From the NCBI GenBank assembly GCA_964632315.1, contig CAZWEM010000030.1, forward strand, positions 1 to 55,434: DNA of 55,434 nucleotides. The letters are read 5' to 3'. The notes under the pieces were generated by a model. That model was given only the letters and a program-made list of their open reading frames with translations, did not search any database and was not told the origin of the DNA. Below, in pieces: positions 28,478 through 38,464 of the stretch. Position numbers and translations under genes: made by a program. This DNA comes from an uncultured archaeon. Its GTDB lineage: Archaea; Asgardarchaeota; Lokiarchaeia; Sigyniarchaeales; SOKP01. Position 1 is the stretch's first letter. Every line of letters starts with the position of its first letter.

Positions 28478-30010
28478 ATGAAAAAAGTAATCATAATAGG
28501 CTCTGGAATGGCTGGTCTCACAGCAGGTGCATATCTGAGTCGTGAAGGGTTTGACGTGACAATCTTTGAGCAATTCGAAACCATTGGTGGAGTGACCGCT
28601 ACAATTCATAAAGATGGATATTCTTGGGATATCGGTCCCTTATTATTAGAGGGTTTTGCACCCCATGAAAAGTTAGGAAAGATATTAAAGGAACTTGGAA
28701 TAATTGACCAAGTCAAGGTTATCAAGGAAGATCGCGGAATTTGGTTCCCAGATTTTGAGATATGGCATCCTGATGAGTATCAAGGTCCTTATTGGAGAAG
28801 AGAATATCTAAAAAAACTATTTCCAGAAGACAGCGTTGGTTTAGACGAATATTATAAATTTTATGATAAAATGTTGAAAGTAGCATATCTCAATAATTTA
28901 CTACCCTTTACTGAAGGAATAAAAGCACTATTTACTAAATTGAGATTACTTTTTGCCTTCCTTAAAGTAAAAAAGTATGAAAACTGGAGTGCCTCTCAAA
29001 TTACTGATCATTTCTTTTCTAACCAAAAATTGAAAGCAATATATTTAGGAATTTTAGCGGATTTGGTCGTTAAACCAAGCGAATTTTTTGGTTTGGGCGT
29101 TCCTTTATACAACATTGAAACCGCATTTGAAAAACGAATCCCAATCAGATTCAAGGGTCGTAAAAATCCCGTATATCATTATATAAAGAACGGATGTGAA
29201 GAGCTGGTAAATGCGTTTGCAAATCTCATACGAAATAATGGAGGGATTATAAAAACAAATTCCAAAGTGGAAAAGATCATTATAAAAGATGGAAAAGCAA
29301 CAGGCGTAAGATTAAAATCAGGAGAGATTCTAAATGCAGATTTAGTTATCTCAAGTGGAGGAATGTTCGGTGTTTTTTATAACTTGGTTGGAAAAGAACA
29401 TTTATCAGATGATTTTATTAAATCCATTGAAAAGATAACTCTCATGGAGTCAGTATTCATGGTTCACATTGGTATTGACTTTGATCCCACTCCATATCAA
29501 AGAGCAGCATTGTGCTATTATTACCAGACATATGATATTGAAGGAGCTATAGATGTGATGAGAAAAGGAAAATATCATGAAGGACGCGATGGATACTTGA
29601 TCTATATTCCTTCAATGCATTCCCCTAAAATGGCTCCATCAGGCAAACATTCAATGACTATTTATACCGTGGCGCCTCATAAGTTAAAAGAGGGAAATTG
29701 GGAAAATGAACGGGAAGAGCTTGCTGATAAATTATTAATGGAGGCAGAAAAAGTTATTCCAGGACTAAGAGAGCATTCCCAAGTAAGAATCATCATGACC
29801 CCCGATGATTTTTTGAAAAGAATCAATGTCATCAGGCATAGTTTTGGTGGAACTGCCCCTAAATTGGGGCAAAAAAATCCCTTACATAAAACACCAATTA
29901 AAAATTTATGGTATATTGGAGCTTATAGTGAATCTGGTGGAGGAATTATGGGTGTGGTTGATGGTACAAGAAGTGCTATCAAGAATCTGTTAGAAGAAAC
30001 TAAGGAATAA
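28478..30010 (+). CDS. Phytoene desaturase-like FAD-dependent oxidoreductase
   Basis: IIIGSGMAGLTAG Rossmann motif, TPDDF, TPIKNLWY.G....GGG. Confidence 0.85.
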   Translation: MKKVIIIGSGMAGLTAGAYLSREGFDVTIFEQFETIGGVTATIHKDGYSWDIGPLLLEGFAPHEKLGKILKELGIIDQVKVIKEDRGIWFPDFEIWHPDEYQGPYWRREYLKKLFPEDSVGLDEYYKFYDKMLKVAYLNNLLPFTEGIKALFTKLRLLFAFLKVKKYENWSASQITDHFFSNQKLKAIYLGILADLVVKPSEFFGLGVPLYNIETAFEKRIPIRFKGRKNPVYHYIKNGCEELVNAFANLIRNNGGIIKTNSKVEKIIIKDGKATGVRLKSGEILNADLVISSGGMFGVFYNLVGKEHLSDDFIKSIEKITLMESVFMVHIGIDFDPTPYQRAALCYYYQTYDIEGAIDVMRKGKYHEGRDGYLIYIPSMHSPKMAPSGKHSMTIYTVAPHKLKEGNWENEREELADKLLMEAEKVIPGLREHSQVRIIMTPDDFLKRINVIRHSFGGTAPKLGQKNPLHKTPIKNLWYIGAYSESGGGIMGVVDGTRSAIKNLLEETKE

Positions 30011-30048
30011 AAATTTAAGAATCTAAAAACCTACTTTACAATGAAAAA

Positions 30049-32100
30049 TTGATAAATGTGAAAAATAATTTACTTGCAGATAAAGAATGGCGTTTCCTGA
30101 AGGATGATATTAAAGATGCATATAAGAGAGACTTCAAGGATGATGAATGGGAAAGTATTTTACTTCCACATACGTGGAATTCCCAAGATGTCCAAGAAGG
30201 GAAAGGAAAGGTTAGTGGATTGTTTAGGCATAAAAAGCAGGGTTATTACAGGGGAATTGGATGGTATAGAATTAAATTCCCCATCTCAGAAGAACAAAAA
30301 AATAAACGGATATTTATACGATTCCAAGCTGCGGGTAGCGTCGCTGAAGTATATTTAAATGAACATCTCATTGGAACACATTACGGAGCCTTTTCTGCAT
30401 TCTGCTTCGAACTTACTGAATATATTAATTATGATGAAGATAATGTTCTTGCCGTAAAAGTAAATAATGCTTGGAGAGATGATTTACCTCCTTTAAGTGG
30501 GGATTTTCCAGTTATGGGAGGTTTGTATAGACTAGTCGAGGTATTTTTAAAAGAAAAGCTGTGCATTTCACCACTTGATCATGCTACTTCAGGTGTTTAC
30601 ACATCTCAACGTGACGTGACGGAAAAAAGAGCAAAACTAGAGTTTAAAATCCAAGTTTCAAGTACCGAAGATGTAAAAAATGTGAATTTAAATATCAAAA
30701 TCATTAATCAGGATGGATCAATTAATCAAGAGAAAAAAAGAACCTTTAATCTTGAAAAAGGGGATACGTCAATTTCTCAAAAAGTAGAAATATTGAATCC
30801 TCATCTATGGAATGGCAAATTAGATCCCTATCTTTATCAAGTTAAAACAGAATTAATCCACGATGAAGGAATCATGGATGAAGTATCTCAATCGATTGGT
30901 ATTAGATACTTTCAAATCGATCCTGAAAATGGTTTTTTTCTAAACGGAAGGAAATATGCCATAAATGGAGTTAGCCGACATCAAGATCGATGGAATAAAG
31001 GTTGGGCATTATCTAAAGCTGATCAAGATGAAGATTTAAGGATAATGTTGGAAATGGGAGTAACGGCTGTTCGATTGGCTCATTATCAGCATTCAGAATA
31101 CTTTTATAGCCAATGCGATAAACTTGGGATCTTGGTATGGGCGGAACTCGCAATAGTGAATAGAGTCAAGTTTTCAAATAAATTTTTCGAAAATAGTAAG
31201 AGCATGTTATTGGAATTGATCAAACAAAACTATAATCACGCATCTATTTTCACTTGGAGCTTGGCAAATGAATTAGGCTTTTTTCAACTTCGAACTCCAG
31301 TAAAAATCGTTAAAAAACTTAATGACATCGCACATGAAGAGGATGAAACCAGACCAACCATTCTAGCAGCAATTTCTTTAGCTTTTTTTAGAAAAAAGTT
31401 GCACAGGATCACTGATCTAATTGGTTGGAATCATTATCCCGGGTGGTATTACTTTAAGGCTAAAAACATGGGATCTCACTTGAAAAAATTTAATAAAGTG
31501 GGAAATTTTCGAGGTCTTTGTGTGAGTGAATATGGAGCAGGCGCCAGCATTCAGCATCATGAACCCAATTTAACGCACGATGATAAAATAAAAGCTTCGG
31601 GAAAATTTCATCCCGAAGAAAAGCAAAATTTGGTTCATGAGGAGAATTATCGACAAATGAAGAGCCTATCATTCGTATGGGGAACTTTTGTATGGAACAT
31701 GTTTGATTTTGCGGTTTCGACCAGGGATGAGGGAGATACACCAGGGAGAAACGATAAGGGATTAGTAACCTATGATCGCAAAGTAAAGAAAGATGCGTAT
31801 TTTTTCTACAAAGCAAATTGGTCCAATGAGCCCGTAGTATATATCACTAGTCGAAGAGCTGTTGAAAGGAAAGATAAAGTCACAAGCATCAAGGTTTATT
31901 CTAACTGTGAAAAGGTAGAATTAAGAATTAATGATAAAGTGTTGGGGACGATGTCTAAAGAGTATTTATGCATCTTTCGATTTTCAAATTGTGTTTTATC
32001 TGAAGGACAAAATAAGATAGAAATAAAAGGATTCATTGAGAGTCAAGAATTCCTAGACTCATGTACTTGGAATTATTCTGAGATCTCTTCTGGTAATTAA
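30049..32100 (+). CDS. Glycoside hydrolase family 2 (beta-galactosidase/glucuronidase-like)
   Basis: LPHTWN, GVSRHQD, VRLAHY, WSLANE (acid/base), VSEYGAG (nucleophile), WNMFDF, NDKGLVT. Confidence 0.93.
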   Translation: MINVKNNLLADKEWRFLKDDIKDAYKRDFKDDEWESILLPHTWNSQDVQEGKGKVSGLFRHKKQGYYRGIGWYRIKFPISEEQKNKRIFIRFQAAGSVAEVYLNEHLIGTHYGAFSAFCFELTEYINYDEDNVLAVKVNNAWRDDLPPLSGDFPVMGGLYRLVEVFLKEKLCISPLDHATSGVYTSQRDVTEKRAKLEFKIQVSSTEDVKNVNLNIKIINQDGSINQEKKRTFNLEKGDTSISQKVEILNPHLWNGKLDPYLYQVKTELIHDEGIMDEVSQSIGIRYFQIDPENGFFLNGRKYAINGVSRHQDRWNKGWALSKADQDEDLRIMLEMGVTAVRLAHYQHSEYFYSQCDKLGILVWAELAIVNRVKFSNKFFENSKSMLLELIKQNYNHASIFTWSLANELGFFQLRTPVKIVKKLNDIAHEEDETRPTILAAISLAFFRKKLHRITDLIGWNHYPGWYYFKAKNMGSHLKKFNKVGNFRGLCVSEYGAGASIQHHEPNLTHDDKIKASGKFHPEEKQNLVHEENYRQMKSLSFVWGTFVWNMFDFAVSTRDEGDTPGRNDKGLVTYDRKVKKDAYFFYKANWSNEPVVYITSRRAVERKDKVTSIKVYSNCEKVELRINDKVLGTMSKEYLCIFRFSNCVLSEGQNKIEIKGFIESQEFLDSCTWNYSEISSGN

Positions 32101-32208
32101 TTTTAATAACTTTATCGTTAATAATATTTTACAAAAAAGTACTATCAAATCAAACAAAATACTACTTGTAAAATAAATGCTAAGTGGTAAAATATTAAAA
32201 TAAAATAT

Positions 32209-33987
32209 TTATCTTGCTTTCTTTTTGACCATTATTATGAATCTATCAACGTAATTCTTATATTGAGAGGGTATGAATTTTTGTACGAATTCAGCTAAGA
32301 AATCCTCATCAATTTCTTTTTGATTTTCCTTCTTGATTTTATCTTCTAAAGTTTTAATGAAGCTTGCGTGGAAATTTCGTGGAAATACTCCAAGAAACAA
32401 GGAGTACATGCTTTTACCCTTATTACGCCAGATTATTTTTGTATCACCGATATAGTCAGCAATTCCTTCTCGTATTTCTCGAGCACGGAAATGTTTTTCA
32501 TTCACTTTCCCGTCTAACGGGAGCCCTAATCGTTTAAATTGTTCTAATGGCGCATCACTTTCTTTCATTAGTTTTACTAATTGTTCTATCATTTTTCTTT
32601 CCAAATCTTCATCTTCAATTGGATGTTCTTGATATGGATCGTTGGTTAAATCAAACAAGAGAGTACCATAAATGGTCGATATACTTGAAATGATATCTGG
32701 TTCTTCCAGTTTCATTGTCCTACATCCCTTTGTAAAGGAAAAAGGTTCAGCAATTTCAGCTGTTTTGAAAGAGTCTAATGAGAAAAATCCTTTCATATGA
32801 GTAGGCATTACAGTATATTCGAAAAGCGGCTTGTTTTTTATATCATAGCTTCCTCTCATGTATACATGCTTACCATCCGTGATGTTCACGTGTGCCCCAT
32901 GAGTTCCAAAGAGGGCAAAATCTCTGATCATTTTGTCGTTTTCGATGGTTTCCTTCAATGGTTTTCCTTGCATCGTTTTAGGACGTTTAATATTGAAATA
33001 CTCCAAGAAAGTAGGAGCAATGTCAATAGCTTGTACAAGTGAATTTCTTCTTTGATCCGTTTTTTGTATTCGAGGATCCCATATGAAGAGTGGAATGTGG
33101 GCAATTTCATTATAGACTGGTGGAACCATTTTTCCCCAATATCCCTTCTCACCTAATAAGAAGCCATGATCCGTGGTAACTATTAACATCGTATCTTTCC
33201 ATAAATCTTTTTCATCCATCATATCTAATAACTTGCCCAGTGAATTATCACACATGCTCACAGATGCAGCATACTGCTTGCGGATATGCTCTACTTGTTC
33301 AGGGGTTTCAGTAACAATACTATAATCGGGCCAATCAAAATGAGGACCATCATAGGGATCATCATAAAGATCTTTGAATTTTTGAGGAACAAAGAATGGT
33401 TCGTGGGGATCAAAAGTCTCGATTTGTAGAAACCAATTGTCTTCCTCCCAGTTTTTTTCGATGAATTCCAATCCAAGTTTGAAAGTTCTTGCTTGATGCA
33501 TGTCTTCCTCTTTTTGCATGTACTTCCGGTTAATCCAATCATGGCGCCAATTCTGGGTCCCTTCTTTAGCCGAGATTACGTGTTCAGGAAGTTCAGGCTG
33601 TTTTACTTCTCCTTTCCATAAATCTCCTTCATGTCCACGCACGAGTTCATAGCTTTCATATCGATTATGATAAGTAGCACCTCCATCTTCCCAATAATGG
33701 TAATGATCGCTTACCAGATGGGTATAAATTCCTTTTTTATTTAAAAATGTAGGCAGTGATTCATCAAAGGGTTCTAAAGGACCCCAACTTCTATGAAGGA
33801 AGTTATACCTTCCAGTATGATGCTCCCTTCTTGCTGGCATACAAGGTAAGCTCCCAGAATAGCAATTATCAAAAATAACAGTTTTTTCTGCCAAACGCTT
33901 GAAATTCGGGGCGTGAACCCAATCATTACCATATGGAGGTAAAAACCGGCGATTTAATGTATCAAATAATACAAATATGGCTTTCAT
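32209..33987 (-). CDS. Sulfatase (Cys-type, formylglycine-dependent) with C-terminal extra domain
   Basis: FDTL, CMPARR (CxPxR), FDPHEP, TTDHG. Confidence 0.92.
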   Translation of the reverse strand: MKAIFVLFDTLNRRFLPPYGNDWVHAPNFKRLAEKTVIFDNCYSGSLPCMPARREHHTGRYNFLHRSWGPLEPFDESLPTFLNKKGIYTHLVSDHYHYWEDGGATYHNRYESYELVRGHEGDLWKGEVKQPELPEHVISAKEGTQNWRHDWINRKYMQKEEDMHQARTFKLGLEFIEKNWEEDNWFLQIETFDPHEPFFVPQKFKDLYDDPYDGPHFDWPDYSIVTETPEQVEHIRKQYAASVSMCDNSLGKLLDMMDEKDLWKDTMLIVTTDHGFLLGEKGYWGKMVPPVYNEIAHIPLFIWDPRIQKTDQRRNSLVQAIDIAPTFLEYFNIKRPKTMQGKPLKETIENDKMIRDFALFGTHGAHVNITDGKHVYMRGSYDIKNKPLFEYTVMPTHMKGFFSLDSFKTAEIAEPFSFTKGCRTMKLEEPDIISSISTIYGTLLFDLTNDPYQEHPIEDEDLERKMIEQLVKLMKESDAPLEQFKRLGLPLDGKVNEKHFRAREIREGIADYIGDTKIIWRNKGKSMYSLFLGVFPRNFHASFIKTLEDKIKKENQKEIDEDFLAEFVQKFIPSQYKNYVDRFIIMVKKKAR

Positions 33988-34158
33988 AATTTAACACACT
34001 TATGAAAATATTCTTTTTATTATAAGATTACCCTCCAATCTTCTTATATAATTTGATTTACTCAGTAATATACAATAATTGATTTTTTTGCATGCATTTT
34101 TTTGGTATAAAACTTTAGCATATCTTGAATATTATTTAACTTTAAAAAGGTCAATATA

Positions 34159-34470
34159 ATGGAAGATAGCTCTTTTGAAAAGCGAGTAGTGAGGATGGCT
34201 CAAGTGTATGCTGTTGGGGGAACTTTTGAAGATCCTTCCGATTTTACAAAGGCAATTAATAAAAATCTCGTTATTCTTCAAGATAGCGATAAATATTGCA
34301 AAATAAAGGATATCGATTATACCATTTTTACGGATCCACGCTATGTGAATGCCCCACCAATGTACCTAGCATTCATAACTGCTGAAGTAGATGTTGACGT
34401 GACCCCCGAACCTGAGCCTAAATCGAAAAGAAAACGCAGACGTAAAAATAAGAAGAAAAAAAGAAGGTAA
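34159..34470 (+). CDS. Hypothetical protein with polybasic C-terminal tail
   Basis: 103-aa ORF ending KSKRKRRRKNKKKKRR. Confidence 0.7.
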   Translation: MEDSSFEKRVVRMAQVYAVGGTFEDPSDFTKAINKNLVILQDSDKYCKIKDIDYTIFTDPRYVNAPPMYLAFITAEVDVDVTPEPEPKSKRKRRRKNKKKKRR

Positions 34471-34482
34471 AAAAATCATTAA

Positions 34483-35028
34483 ATGAGAGCTCTTATATTA
34501 AGGGGAAGTCCTAGAAAGAACGGCAATTCTGCTACTTTAACTAACTATTTCTTAAAAGGATTAACGAAGTCTAAATCTCATCACATTGATGATTACTTCA
34601 TAAATGATTTGAACATTTCTCCCTGTCAAGGGTGCTTATATTGTGCTACCTCCGAAAATCATAAATGCAAGATTAAGGATGGAATGAAGGACATTTATTC
34701 AGCATATCGCGATGCTAATTTAATTGTGTACGCAACTCCAATGTATTGGGGATATATGACTGCACAATTAAAGATTGTTATGGATAGAATGGAAGCTTTA
34801 GCGTGGGAGTATTTTTATGACAAAACACTAGTAATAATCATAACATATAGACATCATTTTGAATCAACGGTTGGTTTTTTCGAGAGAATTGCCCCCTATT
34901 TTCGACTTAAGCTAAACATCTTGATATGTTGTACCTATGATGAGCAATAGAAAAAGGATATCCCTATATCGAGTTTAAAAGAAAAATTAGAAGAAGCTTA
35001 TCAATTGGGATTATCAATTGGAAAGTAA
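34483..35028 (+). CDS. Iron-sulfur flavoprotein / flavodoxin-like protein interrupted by in-frame TAG at 34948-34950 (readthrough or pseudogene)
   Basis: GSPRKNGNS, PCQGCLYC...CKIKD, TPMYWG. The frame continues after TAG with KKDIPISSLKEKLEEAYQLGLSIGK*, the family's typical final helix. Confidence 0.75.
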
Positions 35029-35101
35029 ATTTAACTCCAATTTAATAATCAAGGTTTTAACTTGGTGTTGTTTTTAAATACTTTCATGAAAATTAAACTG
35101 C

Positions 35102-35374
35102 ATGATAGAATCATTTTTTGATGTAGATGAGGATTTGCACCAAAAGATCTCATTTTTAGATCAAGACCATAAATACAAAATTAGGAATGAAAATGATGAT
35201 AATTATCTTGCAGTAGACCCAACGGGCGTCGAAAGTTTGTTTAATATTGTTCTCGTAAACAATGAAACGCATATCTATCTATCAAAACCAATTATAAAGG
35301 ATTATATTAGCAGGATCGCTTATTATTTAGGTTTCAAATTTGAAAATTGTACTTTAGACATTATTCCAATTTGA
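35102..35374 (+). CDS. Hypothetical protein
   Basis: ATG ORF of 90 aa, no motif recognised. Confidence 0.6.
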   Translation: MIESFFDVDEDLHQKISFLDQDHKYKIRNENDDNYLAVDPTGVESLFNIVLVNNETHIYLSKPIIKDYISRIAYYLGFKFENCTLDIIPI

Positions 35375-35575
35375 TTTATTGTGATCTTTTAATGAGATTA
35401 TATTGGTGGATCTGTAAATAAGGTTAGATTCTTAAATTTTTTTTAGTTAACAAGAAGATTTTCTCATTTCTTGCCATTTTGAATCTTAAAAAGCCTTATA
35501 AAAATGAAATTTAATCATAAAATTAATATTCTTGCTGCAAATTTCCTAATTAATTTAAAACATCGTGAAATGAAT

Positions 35576-36811
35576 ATGAAATATCGAAGGATGGGCTCAT
35601 TAGGATGGGAAGTTTCCGCTTTAGGATTCGGTGCAATGCGTTTACCCGTTGATGATCAAAGTCATTTGAATGAAAATGAAGCAATCAAAATGATTCGTTA
35701 TGCGATTGATAATGGTGTAAATTACGTTGATACTGCTTATCCTTATCATGGAGGACAGAGTGAGGTAATAGTAGGAAAAGCATTAGAAAATGGATATCGA
35801 GAAAAAATCCATCTCACAACTAAATTACCAATTTGGATGGTAAGAAAGAAAAACCATTTTGAACGGTATTTTGATCGACAAGTCAAGAGATTACAATCTA
35901 GCCCAGATATATATCTCTTTCACGGTTTGAATAAACAACGCTTCGAGAAAGTAAAAGAATTAAATCTTCTTGAAAACATGGAAAATGCTCGAGATCAAGG
36001 AAAAATTAAACATGTAGGTTTCTCTTTTCATGATACCTTCGAAGTATTCAAAGAGATTATTGATAGTTATTCTTGGGATTGTGCTCAAATCCAGCTTAAT
36101 TATTTGGATGTAAATTATCAAGCAGGTTTGAAAGGGTTGAAATATGCTGCTAAAAAAGGAATTGCTGTCATAATTATGGAACCAATTCGAGGAGGCAAAT
36201 TAGCAATATCAAGGGATGTACTTAACACACGCCCTGAAATAAAGAAAGTTCTAGAAAATGCTCCCAAAAATCGAACTATGCCAGATTGGGCACTCCAATT
36301 TCTATGGAACCGCCCGGAAGTGTCTGTTGTTTTAAGCGGCATGAGCACAATGCAACAAGTGATCGAAAATGTGGAATCCGCTAAAAATTCTGGAATAGGA
36401 TCACTTACTGAAGAAGAATTACAAGCAGTTAGAAATTTAAGAACTGCCTATAAGAGTTATGATCTCGTACCATGTACCAACTGTGGATATTGTATACCTT
36501 GTCCTAATGGAGTTTCAATCCCTACTATTATGAATATCGTAAATGAGATGGGTTATTGGGGCGATAAACAGAAACATCGATATGAAATGGCATATAATCG
36601 AATGGTAAAAACTCCTGAAGATTTAAAAGCGAGACTAGAATCAGGAGATGAAGCGGAAGGAGCCGCTTCGCTTTGCACTCAATGCAGTGAATGTTTAGAA
36701 AAATGTCCCCAACAAATCAACATCCCTCGAGTTATGGATGTGGTGAACGGTATTTTCAATGAAGAACTCCAAATATCAGAAATCAAAAGCTTAAATAAAG
36801 AAGTCAGTTAA
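35576..36811 (+). CDS. Aldo/keto reductase with C-terminal 4Fe-4S dicluster domain
   Basis: MKYRRMG..VSALGFGAMRLP, DTAYPYH, TKLP, IMEPIRGG, VLSGMS; CTNCGYC.PCP and CTQCSEC..KCPQ. Confidence 0.93.
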   Translation: MKYRRMGSLGWEVSALGFGAMRLPVDDQSHLNENEAIKMIRYAIDNGVNYVDTAYPYHGGQSEVIVGKALENGYREKIHLTTKLPIWMVRKKNHFERYFDRQVKRLQSSPDIYLFHGLNKQRFEKVKELNLLENMENARDQGKIKHVGFSFHDTFEVFKEIIDSYSWDCAQIQLNYLDVNYQAGLKGLKYAAKKGIAVIIMEPIRGGKLAISRDVLNTRPEIKKVLENAPKNRTMPDWALQFLWNRPEVSVVLSGMSTMQQVIENVESAKNSGIGSLTEEELQAVRNLRTAYKSYDLVPCTNCGYCIPCPNGVSIPTIMNIVNEMGYWGDKQKHRYEMAYNRMVKTPEDLKARLESGDEAEGAASLCTQCSECLEKCPQQINIPRVMDVVNGIFNEELQISEIKSLNKEVS

Positions 36812-36864
36812 GCAGGAGTAATATTGATAATGACTCAGAACTAATTCAACAATTACAAGTCAAA

Positions 36865-37275
36865 ATGAATTACTATGAGAATCAAATAACTTCCGGAATC
36901 TTCTTTAAATTAGAATTGGGTAAGGGTCCTTCTGAAATTTTAGGAGTTTTGGATTTTTTAAAATATAAATTTAAGAAATGGCAAAGAACAAGTATTTTTA
37001 GTTATAATGGAGATTTATTTTCAGGAGTTAATATCCTTATTGTTGGAACTGAAAACATAGATGAAGCAAGAAAAATCCTTCACTTTGTATATTTTAAAGA
37101 ATTGATAGGATCTGAGGATCAGCTTTTAGAGCTGAAAGTACATTCAGTAGAACAATTAGACCTGTATTTAGAAAAAGAGTTTATTAAAAACCTGAAAGTT
37201 GGATATCCAGCTAATAAGGAATTGGAGAAAGAAATTCAGACTCACCTAATTAGCCTTATTAATGAAAAAGCATAG
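36865..37275 (+). CDS. Hypothetical protein
   Basis: 136-aa ATG ORF, no motif recognised. Confidence 0.65.
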   Translation: MNYYENQITSGIFFKLELGKGPSEILGVLDFLKYKFKKWQRTSIFSYNGDLFSGVNILIVGTENIDEARKILHFVYFKELIGSEDQLLELKVHSVEQLDLYLEKEFIKNLKVGYPANKELEKEIQTHLISLINEKA

Positions 37276-37325
37276 AAACCGATCTCACGCAAAAATATAT
37301 ATTTTCAACTTTCATAATATTCTCC

Positions 37326-37619
37326 ATGCCAGTTTTTATTCTTGTAACTAAATTGAGTAGCCTAGAATTAGTGGAAAAAAGGAAAGAGACGGGAGAAAAA
37401 TGGTTAAACGCGATGAAAGAAAAACTACCCGATGTGAAGTTTATTGCACATTATGCGATACTCGGACCATATGATTTTCTTGACATTTTTGAGGCTAAAA
37501 ATGAACATGAAGCCGCAAAAGTTTCATTGCTCTCCCGTGCAAGAGGTGCTGTTTTTGCAGAGAGCTGGACAGCCATACCCTATAAGGATTATCTTTCTTT
37601 GGTTGAAGAGCTCGATTAG
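37326..37619 (+). CDS. GYD domain protein
   Basis: YAILGPYDFLDIFEA.....AAKVSL signature. Confidence 0.88.
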   Translation: MPVFILVTKLSSLELVEKRKETGEKWLNAMKEKLPDVKFIAHYAILGPYDFLDIFEAKNEHEAAKVSLLSRARGAVFAESWTAIPYKDYLSLVEELD

Positions 37620-37903
37620 TATCATCATTTAGGTTTTATGCTAGTTGAAAAAGTTGTCTTCCAAGAGATTCCTACTACCCCCACGACAAAAATTTAAAAC
37701 TATGCATTAGGGTATAATACAATTCAAATTTTAAGGTTTTAACCCTCTCCATAATTAATTTTTAATTTTTTAATGTATCAGATTTTAAAATGTGTAAAAA
37801 AAAATCAAAAAAAAAAGATTCTTTCAATAATGAGTTAAAAAATGTTTTCAGATAATAATCGCTTATTATAATTTTTTTATGCAGATTTATGTGAGAAAAG
37901 AAC

Positions 37904-38194
37904 TTAATAACGAGAATGGCTCCTTTTTTGAGAACCACGTTTTCCTCCGCGACTTCCACCCTTATTTGGGCTATATTGCCGAGGAGCTTTTTGTGTGACG
38001 ACAACGTTGCTAGCTTGCTGTCCTTTTTCTCCTTCTACAACATCAAACTCAACCTTGTCGTTTTCATTTAATGTTTTATATGAATCATCTTCACCCGATA
38101 ATGCAGAAAAGTGAACAAATACATCCGTTCCATCTTCTGAACTAATAAACCCATAGCCTTTGCGGCCATTAAACCATTTTACTGTTCCGTTCAA
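37904..38194 (-). CDS. Cold-shock domain protein with Gly/Arg-rich tail
   Basis: GTVKWFN..KGYGFI (RNP1), DVFVHFSAL (RNP2), G.KGQQASNV. Confidence 0.95.
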   Translation of the reverse strand: MNGTVKWFNGRKGYGFISSEDGTDVFVHFSALSGEDDSYKTLNENDKVEFDVVEGEKGQQASNVVVTQKAPRQYSPNKGGSRGGKRGSQKRSHSRY

Positions 38195-38464
38195 ACTTCA
38201 AACCGTTTTTTGCTTTTTTTTGAATTCTTTTATATTTCTAAAAGAATTATGAAAATAAATCATCGGGGTCTAAAAAGTTTTAGCTTTTTTAGGAGAGCTA
38301 ACAAAAATTATCAAATGCTTATTTTCTGAATAAAGCCAAATCTCAGGTTTTGGAAAATGAACAAGCCAATACAACTGTTATATGGGGTAGAGATCCATAA
38401 TCAAGACGAGAGCTAGAATCTTCCCATTTATTTTATATAATTTTATTGAAAAATTGAAAAAGAA

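Noticed and set aside
35504-35575. N-terminal extension of the aldo/keto reductase
   Set aside because: The family begins at MKYRRMG (35576); the upstream part is promoter-like AT-rich sequence
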